The position numbers and the translations under genes were made by a program. The notes below the pieces were generated by a model, which ran no database searches, was not told the origin of the DNA, and saw nothing but the letters and a program-made list of their open reading frames with translations. Below are positions 49,318 through 60,362 of a DNA stretch of 64,000 bases, in pieces (positions within the stretch are counted from its first letter, which is position 1; the number at the start of each line of letters is the position of its first letter). Location of the stretch: positions 1,216,001-1,280,000 of the forward strand of contig CBDBHR010000030.1 in the NCBI GenBank assembly GCA_965205865.1. Reading direction: 5' to 3'. This DNA is from a bacterium (GTDB lineage: Bacteria; SAR324; NAC60-12).

Positions 49318-51348
49318 ATGGAAAATACACTCTCTTTTTCAATCTCTCCCCGTTGCAAAAAACGGCTGAGGTCCCGCATTTTTTTCTGTGGCGCTTTACT
49401 TTGTATTTTCTCCTTACAAGCGCAGGCAGCGTCTTTGTTCATGGAGAGCGTGGTCGGTTTGAACGGAACCTTCAAACAGAATAGTTGGACCCCGCTTTCC
49501 GTACGGATAGAAAACCGCGGAAAGACGACAAAGGGCGCCCTCGATGTGATTATCCGCTCCGGGAACGAGTATCAAAACAACATCGAGGAAACGGTCTACC
49601 GGAGAACCATCGAGTTACCCCCCAATTCAACAAAAAAATATGATTTCTTTCTATTTATTCAAACAATCGCGCATCCGGTGCGCATCCAACTTTCCAACGA
49701 CGGTGAAATTCTCGAGGAGGAATCGCTGTCGCTTAGAAATCGATTCACTGAAAAAAAAATCGTTCTGGTTTTAGGAGATCGGGGGAACTCAAAATACTTC
49801 AATGAAACGGCGCCGGTACGGGAAAGCGAGGCAATCGAACCCTTGTTTCTGCGGCCTGGCGCCCTTCCTCGCAGTTGGTTTGGCTACGATGGCGTAGAAT
49901 CCGTGATGTTACAGGGAGGGGTGCTCAAACATTTGAGCAAAACCCAACTACATGCCTTGTCACAATGGGTGCAAAGCGGCGGTTTTTTGCTGCTCACAGG
50001 CGACATTGATTATAGTTTTTTTGCGGATGAGGCAATGAAAAATCTCATTGACATAAAAGTGGTTGGATTACAGCGCGTCACTCAACTCAATGCTCTGGAG
50101 GAATTTTCCGGAGCACCGTTTGTCGCAAAGGATCCTTTTTTGATTTTGAATACAAGGGTGCCACGTAGCCTGGTCCTTTTAGAAGAAGGGCAAATTCCGC
50201 TGGTGGTTGAAAAATCGCTGGGAAGCGGGAAAATATTATTCCTGGCTTTCGATTTCCAATCCTCCATGTTTCAGGATTGGCAAGGCAATTTAAATTTCTG
50301 GCAGTGGCTCAATCGCTTTCGTCCACCTGCGGAACCCTCAATGCTAGGTCTGCCTGAAAAAGAAATTCTGGTCGCGCTGATTGCATCCCTTTCCACACGC
50401 TCTCCCGAGTTTTACTTGATCGTGGCGTTTCTGGTAATTTATGCAATTGGAAGCAGAGTCTTTTATATCCGCATACATAGCGCTGAAGACTGGCAGAAAT
50501 GGATATTCCCTTTTGTCTTGTTCTTACTGTTCTTTATTGTTGGCAGCGGTAGCTATTACCATTTCAGACAAGCATCCAATGCGCAACTCAGCAGCTTCAC
50601 CCTGCTGACCAAAAAAGCGCACTCTGCATTTGCATACGTTCAACAATGGATCACCGTTTATTCATTCCACCGGCATCGCTATCAATTGGAGACTCCTTCC
50701 ACTATGCAACCCATTCGTTTTCTTGAATCGAGCTTTGTCAAAATCCCTGAAAAAGAAAGATTCCTGTTGGAACGGAAAATCGACCGGCAGATCATTGGAA
50801 TCCCCCTGCGACGTTGGTCCCATCAGGTCTTGACAAGCAAACAACCGCTGGAATTTCCTTTGCAGGGAAGGTTTTGGAAAGAACAGGAAAACTGGACCTT
50901 CGTGCTCGAAAATAAAACTGAATTTGATTTTAAGAATTGCCGGATCTATGTTTTGGATCGTCTCATTCCAATAGAGGACTTGCCTTCCCAAAAAAGAAAA
51001 ACGCTGCGCCTCAGTCAAACTCAAATATTGAAATATGAGGTGCTTCAACAAAAAACAACAGGCAAGACCGCAAAAATCTTATCCTCGGATATCAACCTGT
51101 TTCAGCACACTGCTTCTTTTTTGGAAGATTTCCGGCAAAATTTCGAGGCGCCCCTGCTCAATTCACTTGCTTCCAATTATCGTTCGCAACCGGATCGCAT
51201 ACTATTGATAGGGTGGCTGGATGAAGATTTGGGGGGAATGGCTGCCGATCTTTCACGGCAGAGCAAAAAACACGTTACTCTACTGGAGTGGGAAATACCA
51301 CGGCGTGACACCCTTGCCGATGCTCCGTCTCGCCGAAACACCCTGTAA
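49318..51348 (+). CDS. Large exported/membrane hypothetical protein (first gene of the MoxR locus)
   Basis: Signal peptide, WTPLSVRIEN, a glutamine-amidotransferase-like middle (WVQSGGFLLLTG) and 2 TM helices. Confidence 0.7.
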   Translation: MENTLSFSISPRCKKRLRSRIFFCGALLCIFSLQAQAASLFMESVVGLNGTFKQNSWTPLSVRIENRGKTTKGALDVIIRSGNEYQNNIEETVYRRTIELPPNSTKKYDFFLFIQTIAHPVRIQLSNDGEILEEESLSLRNRFTEKKIVLVLGDRGNSKYFNETAPVRESEAIEPLFLRPGALPRSWFGYDGVESVMLQGGVLKHLSKTQLHALSQWVQSGGFLLLTGDIDYSFFADEAMKNLIDIKVVGLQRVTQLNALEEFSGAPFVAKDPFLILNTRVPRSLVLLEEGQIPLVVEKSLGSGKILFLAFDFQSSMFQDWQGNLNFWQWLNRFRPPAEPSMLGLPEKEILVALIASLSTRSPEFYLIVAFLVIYAIGSRVFYIRIHSAEDWQKWIFPFVLFLLFFIVGSGSYYHFRQASNAQLSSFTLLTKKAHSAFAYVQQWITVYSFHRHRYQLETPSTMQPIRFLESSFVKIPEKERFLLERKIDRQIIGIPLRRWSHQVLTSKQPLEFPLQGRFWKEQENWTFVLENKTEFDFKNCRIYVLDRLIPIEDLPSQKRKTLRLSQTQILKYEVLQQKTTGKTAKILSSDINLFQHTASFLEDFRQNFEAPLLNSLASNYRSQPDRILLIGWLDEDLGGMAADLSRQSKKHVTLLEWEIPRRDTLADAPSRRNTL

Positions 51349-51373
51349 ATTCTCGATTGAAATTCGACTCACC

Positions 51374-52183
51374 ATGAAAATCACGCTTCTTCAAAAAATG
51401 AAACTGGTTCTGCAACATCCTGCCATGCAGACTGTTTACAATGATTTTCTGCTGGGGAAAAATCCTCAACGGTCCTTGAATTACGTCCTTAATCCTCCCT
51501 TGGTGGCGCTGCTTTCTTATGGAATTTGGTCGCTCGGAATCCTCCTCCTGATTTTTTGGCCTCAAAAAGAAATTCCCGAATATTTTCTGAACAATGAAAT
51601 TCCCATCAATTTTTTAGTGATTGCCGAAGTGCTATTGCTGGGAAGCGCCTACATCAATCTGATTTGCGGTCGAGGAGAATTCATGCGGGGATATTTGAAC
51701 CCCTATTTGTCACCTCCCTTGGTAACTTGGGAAGAGTCACGCGATTTTCTCAAATATGGGTTGGTTAAATTGACCATCCAGACCCTTCTCACGCTGCTGC
51801 CTTTCCTGCCTTTTCTTTTCATTGCGGCATCTCTCTCTCAAGTTTCCTGGAACGGGTTTTTCAAAGGAGTGAGCATCATTTTGAGTTTTTCCCTGCTTTG
51901 CCGTTTGTTTGGTTTTTTGACCCACCTGTATTGGGGAATCAACCTCAAAGCTCATTACTCGAGTCGCTTCTTCTTGTTGGCTTTTCTTGGCATTACCTAT
52001 TTCTTTGTTGCCTGGATCAGTCCATTGGCCTTACTCTATGATTTACATCGACATGCAAACGAAATCGTGACAAACCCCTTGAATTCTTATACTGTGTATT
52101 TAACTTTCACTGCCCTGATGATTGGCTTGTTGATTCTCACCATTCACATCCTGCTGCGACATCGACCATCCTGGGAGGAATGA
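51374..52183 (+). CDS. Multi-pass membrane protein (ABC-2 permease-like topology)
   Basis: About 6 hydrophobic segments; its stop overlaps the next start (ATGA). Confidence 0.65.
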   Translation: MKITLLQKMKLVLQHPAMQTVYNDFLLGKNPQRSLNYVLNPPLVALLSYGIWSLGILLLIFWPQKEIPEYFLNNEIPINFLVIAEVLLLGSAYINLICGRGEFMRGYLNPYLSPPLVTWEESRDFLKYGLVKLTIQTLLTLLPFLPFLFIAASLSQVSWNGFFKGVSIILSFSLLCRLFGFLTHLYWGINLKAHYSSRFFLLAFLGITYFFVAWISPLALLYDLHRHANEIVTNPLNSYTVYLTFTALMIGLLILTIHILLRHRPSWEE

Positions 52184-53670
52184 ACATGGAATCTCAATCT
52201 GCGCTTCGGCGTTCCGCATTTACAAGGCATCTCAGCCTCTTGCAAAAAGCGATTTATCAGCAATGGCTTTTACAAACGGCAATGTGGGTTGTGGTCTCTG
52301 CGCTCACAATATCGCTCATCGGATTTTTCCTGCAAAAAATTTTGCGGGTTTCTGTTGATCCTTTGCTCCTTTATCCTGCCCTGGTTGCCGTTGCCATGGC
52401 ATTGACCTTGTTTTATAAATTCAAGTTCAAAAAACAACTGGAAGAAGAACTCACTTTACTCGATCAGCGTTTTCATTTGAAAGCGCTACTGCGAACTGCC
52501 TATGAGGTTCACCGCGCAGGTAAACATTCCTTCATTGCGGGAAAGCTCATTCAATCGGCAACTACATCCTTCCAGTACATTCCTCTCAAGCAACTCTACC
52601 CACATCAATACCACCGCCCTTTGCTGGTCATAACGGTTTGTCTCCTTGCTTTTTTTCTCCTCTACAAACTTCCAGCCTTGGTTCCGAATTCGATAGAGTC
52701 GGCGTTTGCCAGGCCAACAGGAAATAATCCTCTCGAAAAGGAATCTGAAAATTTGAAGCCCTTCTCCAAGTTGGAAAATCTCTCCAGCCCTTCCGAAATT
52801 CAGAAGCCAAAACAGGAGATGACCCAAAATGATCTGGAAGAGAGAGTGACGGAATTGACGGAAAAAACCAAGAAATCCGATACCCTCGACCCGCAGACTA
52901 CCCAGGAATTGATACTGCTGCAAAATGAACTCCACTCGGCTCAAAATCGGCTTACCAGAAATTTGCTTTCTCAAATCAGTCCGGACCTGGCAGGCAAACT
53001 CCCTTCCCTTGATGATATTCTGAATAGTGGTATAAATCCGCAGCAGATCGAGCAAATCGAGCAGGAACTGGTGAACTCGTTTCCGGAAGCAATTCCTCCT
53101 TCATTGGCTGAAGGCCTTGCTGCCCTCAAGAGAAACCAGCAGTTGGACCAAATGCTGGAAGACAGTCTGGCGCAAGGGGAAGAGGGCTTGAACCGGGAAA
53201 GCCGGGACGCTGCAGAGCAAGAGGGACGTCAAGAAGGAGCAAACTCGAACAAAGGAGGGGCAAATCCGGATTCCGGACCTTCGAATTCCATGGGAGAGGG
53301 GGGATTGCAAGAGCAAACCGCCCAAGGTGGCAACGATTTGCAACGATTTCCAGGAGACGGCATGGGAGGATTTTCGGAGGAAGGAATGGGCAGTCGTGCG
53401 GGGGACCAACCGTCAAATGGGACTCGCCAGTCTCCTTCCCCAGTCCAGCGCGCCCGCAATGACATTTCGAAGATAAAAGGGCTTTCCGGTGAAGGAGATC
53501 ATACCAAAGTGCAGGTACAAACTTTGACCACCATCGGAACAGCAGAGTTGTCGAGTGTCACCATCAAACGCGCTTATGAGCAAGACTTGGAAACGGTTTT
53601 TCAAAAAGAGGAAATTCCTCCGTACCATCATCAATTGATCAAAAACTATTTTTTAGCCATAGATGATTGA
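52180..53670 (+). CDS. Membrane-anchored coiled-coil protein with G/Q/E-rich tail
   Basis: 3 TM helices, a helical middle, a low-complexity linker and C-terminal EEIPPY....IKNYF, as commonly found beside MoxR ATPases. Confidence 0.7.
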   Translation: MNMESQSALRRSAFTRHLSLLQKAIYQQWLLQTAMWVVVSALTISLIGFFLQKILRVSVDPLLLYPALVAVAMALTLFYKFKFKKQLEEELTLLDQRFHLKALLRTAYEVHRAGKHSFIAGKLIQSATTSFQYIPLKQLYPHQYHRPLLVITVCLLAFFLLYKLPALVPNSIESAFARPTGNNPLEKESENLKPFSKLENLSSPSEIQKPKQEMTQNDLEERVTELTEKTKKSDTLDPQTTQELILLQNELHSAQNRLTRNLLSQISPDLAGKLPSLDDILNSGINPQQIEQIEQELVNSFPEAIPPSLAEGLAALKRNQQLDQMLEDSLAQGEEGLNRESRDAAEQEGRQEGANSNKGGANPDSGPSNSMGEGGLQEQTAQGGNDLQRFPGDGMGGFSEEGMGSRAGDQPSNGTRQSPSPVQRARNDISKIKGLSGEGDHTKVQVQTLTTIGTAELSSVTIKRAYEQDLETVFQKEEIPPYHHQLIKNYFLAIDD

Positions 53671-54671
53671 AAACAATGACACCAGCGCCACAAGGAGATC
53701 AAACAGAAGAACTACAACGCAAATTTGATTTGCTCGACCAGGAGCTTTCCAAGATCATTGTCGGACAGAAATCGATCATCAAGTCCCTGTTTTCCTGTAT
53801 CCTCTGCGGAGGCAATGCTTTGATTGAAGGAGTGCCGGGTCTGGGTAAAACGTTGTTGGTAAAATCTTTCGGTCAAGTACTCGATCTGGAGTATTCCCGC
53901 ATTCAATTCACACCGGATTTGATGCCGATTGATATTTTGGGTACCAATCTGGTAAACGAGGACGAACGAGGCAACCGCAGCTTTAAATTTTATAAAGGTC
54001 CCATATTCGGCCAAATCATATTGGCCGATGAAATCAACCGGGCTACGCCCAAAACCCAATCCGCCCTCTTGGAAGCGATGCAGGAAAACAAAATCACTAT
54101 TTTGGGCAATGAATATCAACTGCAGCAACCTTTTGTGGTGTTGGCCACTCAAAATCCGATCGAGATGGAGGGCACTTATCCGCTTCCGGAAGCTCAGATT
54201 GATCGTTTTTTTTTCAAGTTGACCATTCAATTTCCCAAGAAGGAAGAGTTGGGATTGATTCTGGAAAAAACCACGGGAGAGATTGAAGCGGAATTGCAAA
54301 CTATCTTGGATGGCCCTGCCATTCTGGCATTGCGTCCTCTGGTCAGACAAGTTCCGATTGCTACGCATGTCCGAGATTATGCCATCCGGCTGCTGATGGC
54401 GACCCATCCCACCCCGGATTGTCCGGTGGAGATGACAAAAAATTATGTCCGCTATGGTTCGAGCCCGCGGGGATTGCAGACACTGGTTTTAGCAGCCAAA
54501 CTGAATGCCTTGCTTGATGGGAGGTACAACGTCGCTTTCGAGGATATCCAAACAGTGGCTAAACCTTCCCTGCGGCACCGCATCATTCTCAGCCTGAAAG
54601 GCGTCGCCGAATCCGTGGAAGTGGACGATCTTATTGATCATATCCTCCAATCCCTCCCGGAAGGTCGTTGA
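53667..54671 (+). CDS. moxR: MoxR family AAA+ ATPase
   Basis: EGVPGLGKT, RIQFTPDLMP, LADEINRA.PKTQSALLEAM and EGTYPLPEAQ.DRF motifs. Confidence 0.95.
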   Translation: MKTMTPAPQGDQTEELQRKFDLLDQELSKIIVGQKSIIKSLFSCILCGGNALIEGVPGLGKTLLVKSFGQVLDLEYSRIQFTPDLMPIDILGTNLVNEDERGNRSFKFYKGPIFGQIILADEINRATPKTQSALLEAMQENKITILGNEYQLQQPFVVLATQNPIEMEGTYPLPEAQIDRFFFKLTIQFPKKEELGLILEKTTGEIEAELQTILDGPAILALRPLVRQVPIATHVRDYAIRLLMATHPTPDCPVEMTKNYVRYGSSPRGLQTLVLAAKLNALLDGRYNVAFEDIQTVAKPSLRHRIILSLKGVAESVEVDDLIDHILQSLPEGR

Positions 54672-54769
54672 ATTTCAATTGATTACGAGGCCCGTTTCAA
54701 TGAGATTCAACTCCTCCATGGAAGGGATTGATTCGTTACCTCTCAAACTACCTTCATCCAAAGCAAGCG

Positions 54770-55666
54770 ATGGCGGAAACAGTGCGCAATGATCCTTTTC
54801 TGGAGGATGATTTTTTAGAGAAACTGGAGCGCCTGACGCTGCTGGCCAAAAAGAAAGCGCGGGGAGCGCACATGGGAGAACACAATTCCATACGCACCGG
54901 AGGCAGTCAGGAGTTTCTGGATTACAGAACTTATCAACCCGGTGATGATTTACGATATGTCGACTGGAACGTCTACGGGCGATTGGGGCGGCTTTTTATT
55001 AAATTATTCAAAGCAGAAAAAGAACAATCCATTTATATCCTGTTGGACACGAGCCTCTCCATGGAGAGTGGTGATCCACTGAAAACCTTGTACGCGAAAA
55101 AAATCGCGGCGGCGTTGAGCTACATCAGCCTGGCAAACATGGACCGGGTCATGGTCAGTTCGTTCAACGATCGTATGATTTTCGCGAAAACGCCGGAAAG
55201 GGGTCGGCAGGTTTATTTTTTGATCCTCGAGTTTTTAAGAAATCTGGAAACCGGTGGGCAAACCAACCTCAATGCCGCTATGGTCGAATTCGCGTCTTCG
55301 GTGCCTCCCAATGGTACCGTCATTGTTTTGAGCGATCTTCTGGATGAAGGGGGATTTGAAAAAGGCGTAAAAGCCCTCCACTATCAAAATCTGGATATCA
55401 ACCTGATCCAAATTCTTGACCATCAAGAAATCGATCCGATGTTAGACGGTTATTTGAAGCTCAAGGATATTGAATTGGGCGTCAAACGGGAAATGACCCT
55501 GGATTTACCCATGCGGGGACAGTATCGAAAAACGCTTGAAAACTATATCACACGCATCCGGGAATTTTGTCATGCCATTGGGGCCGATTTTTTTCTGGTC
55601 GATACCCGGACACCCTTTGACGCTTTCCTGATCCATTACCTGATTGAAGGGAATTTAATAAAGTAG
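54770..55666 (+). CDS. DUF58 domain protein
   Basis: EF.DYR.YQPGDDLRYVDWN, LLDTSLSM and LSD motifs. Confidence 0.92.
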   Translation: MAETVRNDPFLEDDFLEKLERLTLLAKKKARGAHMGEHNSIRTGGSQEFLDYRTYQPGDDLRYVDWNVYGRLGRLFIKLFKAEKEQSIYILLDTSLSMESGDPLKTLYAKKIAAALSYISLANMDRVMVSSFNDRMIFAKTPERGRQVYFLILEFLRNLETGGQTNLNAAMVEFASSVPPNGTVIVLSDLLDEGGFEKGVKALHYQNLDINLIQILDHQEIDPMLDGYLKLKDIELGVKREMTLDLPMRGQYRKTLENYITRIREFCHAIGADFFLVDTRTPFDAFLIHYLIEGNLIK

Positions 55667-57529
55667 ATGCAACTCTTGAATCCGTTGGGATTGCTCCTTT
55701 TGGGGCTTATTCCAATTCTTTTATTGATACATAGTCTCAAACCCAGAGCCAGAGAAGTTCCGGTGACCACGCTCTTTCTCTGGAAAGAAGTCCTGCAGGA
55801 ACAGCCTGCCGGATGGCGCTTACATAAACTGTTAAAAAACCTCCCATTGATATTCCAGATCCTCATCATCCTCTTCGCCACACTGGCCTTAATCCAGCCC
55901 GTGTGGCTCCGGAATACGGAACAATATGGCAACATGATTCTGGTGCTGGATAACAGTGCCAGTATGCAAACTCGTATTGACAAGCAAACCCGCTTTGATC
56001 ACGCTCGGGAAAAAGCATTGCGTTTGATCGAAGAACTCCCTTTGCTCAGTAAGGCGCTCATCATCGAATCCGGCAAGACGCCGAAGGTGAAAATCCATTT
56101 TTCCAATGACAAGCAAAAACTATCTGCGGCGATCGAAGAAATTCACCCCATCGACGTCGCAGGAAACCTGAAGAAAGCCGTTTTTTTAGCGCTTTCTTTT
56201 TTCGATGCGGAACGAGATGACCAAATCTTTGTCATCACTGACGGGGCAGGAGGGGAATACGACAATATCTCGGCAATTCATAAAAATGTGAAACCACTCC
56301 TCATCCGGGGAGGCCATCAAAACGCAGGCATCACCAAATTCGAATTCCGCAAAGAATTTGTTGGTGTGGACCGTTACCAAGTGCTGCTGGAAATAAAAAA
56401 TTTCAATGCCACCCCTCAACGGATTCCCCTGCTCTTGAGAGTCAACAACACCGTCCTGGCCAATCCGACGGTCGATCTCGATCCGGAGGAGAAGAAACTT
56501 TTATTTTTCCCTTACTCCGCAAGTCAACCCGGCGTTGCGGAAGCTCGCCTGGACCTGGAGGATGATTTTTCCATCGACAACCAAGTCCATGCAGTCCTGG
56601 TTCCGCCCAGACCTGTCAAGGTGTTGCTTGTCACTCGAGGCAATTATTACTTGGAACAATTGTTGGCAGCCCATCCCAACATCACCCTGGAGCAAAGCAA
56701 AATTGCCACTCCAATCTCATGGGAGATTCAAGTCGAGCAACAAGACATCATTGTTTTGGACCGCGTGCCGCCACCTTCCACCAAATCCGGAAATTTCCTC
56801 TTGATCGACTCTTATTCTCCCGACATTCCTCTTTTCCCGGGAAACACGATCGAGACTCCGGGTATATTGGACTGGGACCGCAATCACCCCATAATGCAAA
56901 ATCTGGATTGGGCAGGGATTCATTTCGAAGTCGCTACCCAAGTCCGGGTGGTCACCGTGGACGCCGGAGCCGCGTTACGCCCACTCGTGGAGTCTCGTCA
57001 ATCAACGCTGCTCTACACCTATGAAAAAGAAGATTTGCGCGCCGTGCAATTTGCTTTTGATCTGACTCGCTCCACACTGCCTTTGAAAGTCGCCTTTCCA
57101 GTGCTGATAAACAATATCTTTCGTTGGCTCTACCCCTACAAATTCGAATTTGCCTCATTGCAATCCCAAGCAGGCGATTCTTTTCCACTCCAGCTGAGAA
57201 ACAGATTTCAGGAAGTGACCATTCAACTGCCTTCAGGAGAAAAAGAAAGCTATCTGCCCCAATCCACTCCTTTTCATTTTTCAAATACGCTGGAAACAGG
57301 CATTTACCTGGCTCAGCAAGGACGTAGCAATCAATTTTTCGCCGTCAATCTGCTCGATGAGCGCGAATCCGATATCCGAGTGCCGGATTCCTCGAATGCG
57401 GGCACGCCAACCGCGCTGCGTCTAATCGTCAACTCGGCAATCGCCCAATATGCGCTATGGGGATTTTTCTTTTTAATGGCCGCCTTGTTTCTCGTACTGG
57501 AATGGTATTTTTGGGTAAAACGTTTATAG
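55667..57529 (+). CDS. BatA-N + VWA domain membrane protein
   Basis: N-terminal NPLGLL...LW, MIDAS DNSAS, ITDG and a C-terminal TM ending LEW. Confidence 0.88.
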   Translation: MQLLNPLGLLLLGLIPILLLIHSLKPRAREVPVTTLFLWKEVLQEQPAGWRLHKLLKNLPLIFQILIILFATLALIQPVWLRNTEQYGNMILVLDNSASMQTRIDKQTRFDHAREKALRLIEELPLLSKALIIESGKTPKVKIHFSNDKQKLSAAIEEIHPIDVAGNLKKAVFLALSFFDAERDDQIFVITDGAGGEYDNISAIHKNVKPLLIRGGHQNAGITKFEFRKEFVGVDRYQVLLEIKNFNATPQRIPLLLRVNNTVLANPTVDLDPEEKKLLFFPYSASQPGVAEARLDLEDDFSIDNQVHAVLVPPRPVKVLLVTRGNYYLEQLLAAHPNITLEQSKIATPISWEIQVEQQDIIVLDRVPPPSTKSGNFLLIDSYSPDIPLFPGNTIETPGILDWDRNHPIMQNLDWAGIHFEVATQVRVVTVDAGAALRPLVESRQSTLLYTYEKEDLRAVQFAFDLTRSTLPLKVAFPVLINNIFRWLYPYKFEFASLQSQAGDSFPLQLRNRFQEVTIQLPSGEKESYLPQSTPFHFSNTLETGIYLAQQGRSNQFFAVNLLDERESDIRVPDSSNAGTPTALRLIVNSAIAQYALWGFFFLMAALFLVLEWYFWVKRL

Positions 57530-57536
57530 GAGAGCC

Positions 57537-60182
57537 ATGTCCGTCACGCTCGCAAACCCCTATTATTTGCTTATTTGGCTGGCAATTCCTTTCGTTTGGT
57601 ACCTGGTCTACCAGCCTTTTGCCCGGCAGCAAAGCCCCGGTCGTAAGCTGACCACGGCGACGATGCGGTCCATTGTCATATTGCTGGTCGGTCTGACACT
57701 TGCTCAGCCACGCTTGTTGCAAGGCGCGGATGGGGTCAATTTGTTCTTTGTCGTGGATGCCTCCGACAGTGTGCTTCGGGGAGGTGAGAATGTTGCCCGT
57801 TCGTTTATCGAAAATGCCCTTCACGGGATGAATGAAAATGACCAGGCGGGACTTATCAGGTTCGGCAAAGAACCGTCCCTCGAGGTTCCGCTGACCCGTG
57901 ATTTTTCTACGGAGTTTCACCGTTCTCAAATCAACTCGAAGTTTACCAACATCTACGACAGCCTCCAGTTGGCCATTGGCAAATTACCGGATCATGGCAC
58001 CAACCGCATCCTCTTGATATCCGACGGGAACCAAAATCTAAATCAAGCGGAGGAAATAGCATTTTTAGCAAATTCACTCAATATCCAAATCTTCCCCCTC
58101 TCGCTGGAATCCTGGCAGGACAAAAACGAAGTGCGCGTCGAAGGGTTGGAAACTCCCTCCCGCGTGGCGTTGGAGTCACCTTTTGAAGTCCGCATCCTGG
58201 CAGTCAGCGGAAAAGAAAGTGAGGGTGACCTCATTCTTCTACGAAATGGTAAATTGATCGCCAACCACAGGGTATCACTAGAGACCGGCAAAAATATTTT
58301 CCGCTTGATCGATGTGGTGCGCACTCCTGGAATCTACAACTACAAAGCCGTAATCAATCCCAAGGAGGATGTCATCTATCAAAATAATGAAGGCCTCTCC
58401 TTTACCTCTGCTTTTCGCAAATCCGGTATCTTGTATCTCAGTGAGAGCGGCGCTTCCTCGGTTCCCCTGGTGATTGCCTTGCAGGAGCAGGGATTCGATC
58501 TGGAGGTGTTGAGAATCCAGGATCTCCCCACTTCCATGAACGATATCATGGACTATAAAGCCGTCATTCTCGACAACGTGCCGAGTTCCGGATTTTCGGA
58601 ACAGGATATGGAGAATCTGGAAAAATATGTCAAAGATGTCGGTGGAGGGTTGTTGATGATCGGGGGTCATCAGAGCTTCGGCGCGGGTGAATACCGCAAA
58701 ACACCGATTGAAAAAGCATTGCCGGTTTTGATGGACCCACCCACCGATCTCATCAATAGCAGCTTGAGCATCATATTTGTCATCGACAAATCGACCAGCA
58801 TGATCAAGAACCAGGGGAGCCAGAAGAAACTGGAAGCCGCCAAAATTGCCGTATTTTCCGCAGTGGAACTTTTGAACCCCAAGGACTTGGTGGCAGTGAT
58901 TGCTTTCGACGCAAACTATCAATGGACCGTTCCTTTCACTTCTGCCAGTAACCGCAAGACGATTGCCGAAAATCTACTCTCCTTGAAAGCGGAAGGGGGT
59001 ACCAAGTTGTTTCAAGGGCTGCAAGAAGCCATCGGAACCATCCAAGCCCTGTCCTCCATTAAAAAGCACGTCATTATTTTGTCGGACGGAGAGATCTTCG
59101 ACGCCGACACTGAAGAAGAACAACTCAATACCTTGCTCGATACTGCCGTGGAGAAAAAAATTTCGATCTCCACCGTCGCAGTGGGAGAAAACGCCAATAT
59201 TTCATTCATGAAGACCATGGCCAACCGAGGAAAGGGAAGGAGCTATCAAACCAATGATGCCGGCAACATCCCCCGGATTTTTGTTGACGAAATCAAAATT
59301 GTTTCCCGTAAAGTGATCCTCGAAAAAGAACTGCAACCCGAAATGGAACACTACTCCGAGTTGGTCGAAGGTTACTCAAACAGCGATTTTCCTCCTATCC
59401 TCGGCATGGATATCACTTACCCCAAACCCGAAGCTACCATTCAATTGAAAACCGCTGAAGGGCCCCTGCTGGTGACGAAACAATACGGACTCGGAAAAAG
59501 CCTGGCTTTCACTTCAGATTTGTCGGGACGCTGGGGGAAGCATTGGCTCCAATGGAACGAATTTGGCCCATTTGCAGGGCGGATGGTCAAATGGGTGGAA
59601 AAGAAAGAGACAGAGGGGCAATATACTGTCGACGTCGAAAAAGTAGACGATCAAGGTCATTTTTTAGTGGATGTGACCGACAAAGAAAACCGTTTCATCA
59701 ATGGCCTGGACTTGAAAATGAATGTGCTCACTCCCAATCAATCACAAGCAAATGAGAAGATCTCTTTGCAACAAATCGCTCCGGGGAAATACAAGGGTAT
59801 CTTTCCGGTGGAAGAAATCGGGGCGTATTATCTTAATTTGTATGAACAGGACGCGGAGACTGTGGCCAACTCACAGACCTTTGGATATGGAATCCCTTAT
59901 ACCAACGAATTTCAAAATCTTAAAACCAACGCCCGCCTGCTGAACCATCTTGCGCAAATTACCGGTGGACGGATTCTCCATGCGGAGGATGACTTCAGTT
60001 CACTTTTCACCAATCAGCGCAGCAACCCGGATCATGGAATACCACTCTGGCCCTATTTTTTACTGGCATCGGCTTTCATGCTGATTGCCGACGTAGCCCT
60101 CAGGAAAATCTTTGAGATCGACCGCTTCCTCCCCTTTTCGCAAGTACGCAAAATGGGTTTCCGCGGATTCGGGAAAAAATGA
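57537..60182 (+). CDS. Double-VWA protein with glutamine-amidotransferase-like domain and C-terminal TM
   Basis: DASDS and DKSTS MIDAS motifs; SDG twice; GGGLLMIGG.QSFG.GEY..TPIE..LPV. Confidence 0.88.
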   Translation: MSVTLANPYYLLIWLAIPFVWYLVYQPFARQQSPGRKLTTATMRSIVILLVGLTLAQPRLLQGADGVNLFFVVDASDSVLRGGENVARSFIENALHGMNENDQAGLIRFGKEPSLEVPLTRDFSTEFHRSQINSKFTNIYDSLQLAIGKLPDHGTNRILLISDGNQNLNQAEEIAFLANSLNIQIFPLSLESWQDKNEVRVEGLETPSRVALESPFEVRILAVSGKESEGDLILLRNGKLIANHRVSLETGKNIFRLIDVVRTPGIYNYKAVINPKEDVIYQNNEGLSFTSAFRKSGILYLSESGASSVPLVIALQEQGFDLEVLRIQDLPTSMNDIMDYKAVILDNVPSSGFSEQDMENLEKYVKDVGGGLLMIGGHQSFGAGEYRKTPIEKALPVLMDPPTDLINSSLSIIFVIDKSTSMIKNQGSQKKLEAAKIAVFSAVELLNPKDLVAVIAFDANYQWTVPFTSASNRKTIAENLLSLKAEGGTKLFQGLQEAIGTIQALSSIKKHVIILSDGEIFDADTEEEQLNTLLDTAVEKKISISTVAVGENANISFMKTMANRGKGRSYQTNDAGNIPRIFVDEIKIVSRKVILEKELQPEMEHYSELVEGYSNSDFPPILGMDITYPKPEATIQLKTAEGPLLVTKQYGLGKSLAFTSDLSGRWGKHWLQWNEFGPFAGRMVKWVEKKETEGQYTVDVEKVDDQGHFLVDVTDKENRFINGLDLKMNVLTPNQSQANEKISLQQIAPGKYKGIFPVEEIGAYYLNLYEQDAETVANSQTFGYGIPYTNEFQNLKTNARLLNHLAQITGGRILHAEDDFSSLFTNQRSNPDHGIPLWPYFLLASAFMLIADVALRKIFEIDRFLPFSQVRKMGFRGFGKK

Positions 60183-60362
60183 CCCGCCTAGCCTGTCGTC
60201 TGTTGCAGCCCGGGGTACATTGTGATCAAACGGCTCGAGCAGCCTTTGTTGCTTGTGAAACAGCAGGGATTTTTCAAATAGGGGATAGCGTTTTCATGCC
60301 GAGTGGGTTAGTTTATGGATGGCATCCAATCATATATTTCCAAACAATCAAACAACCCTCAC

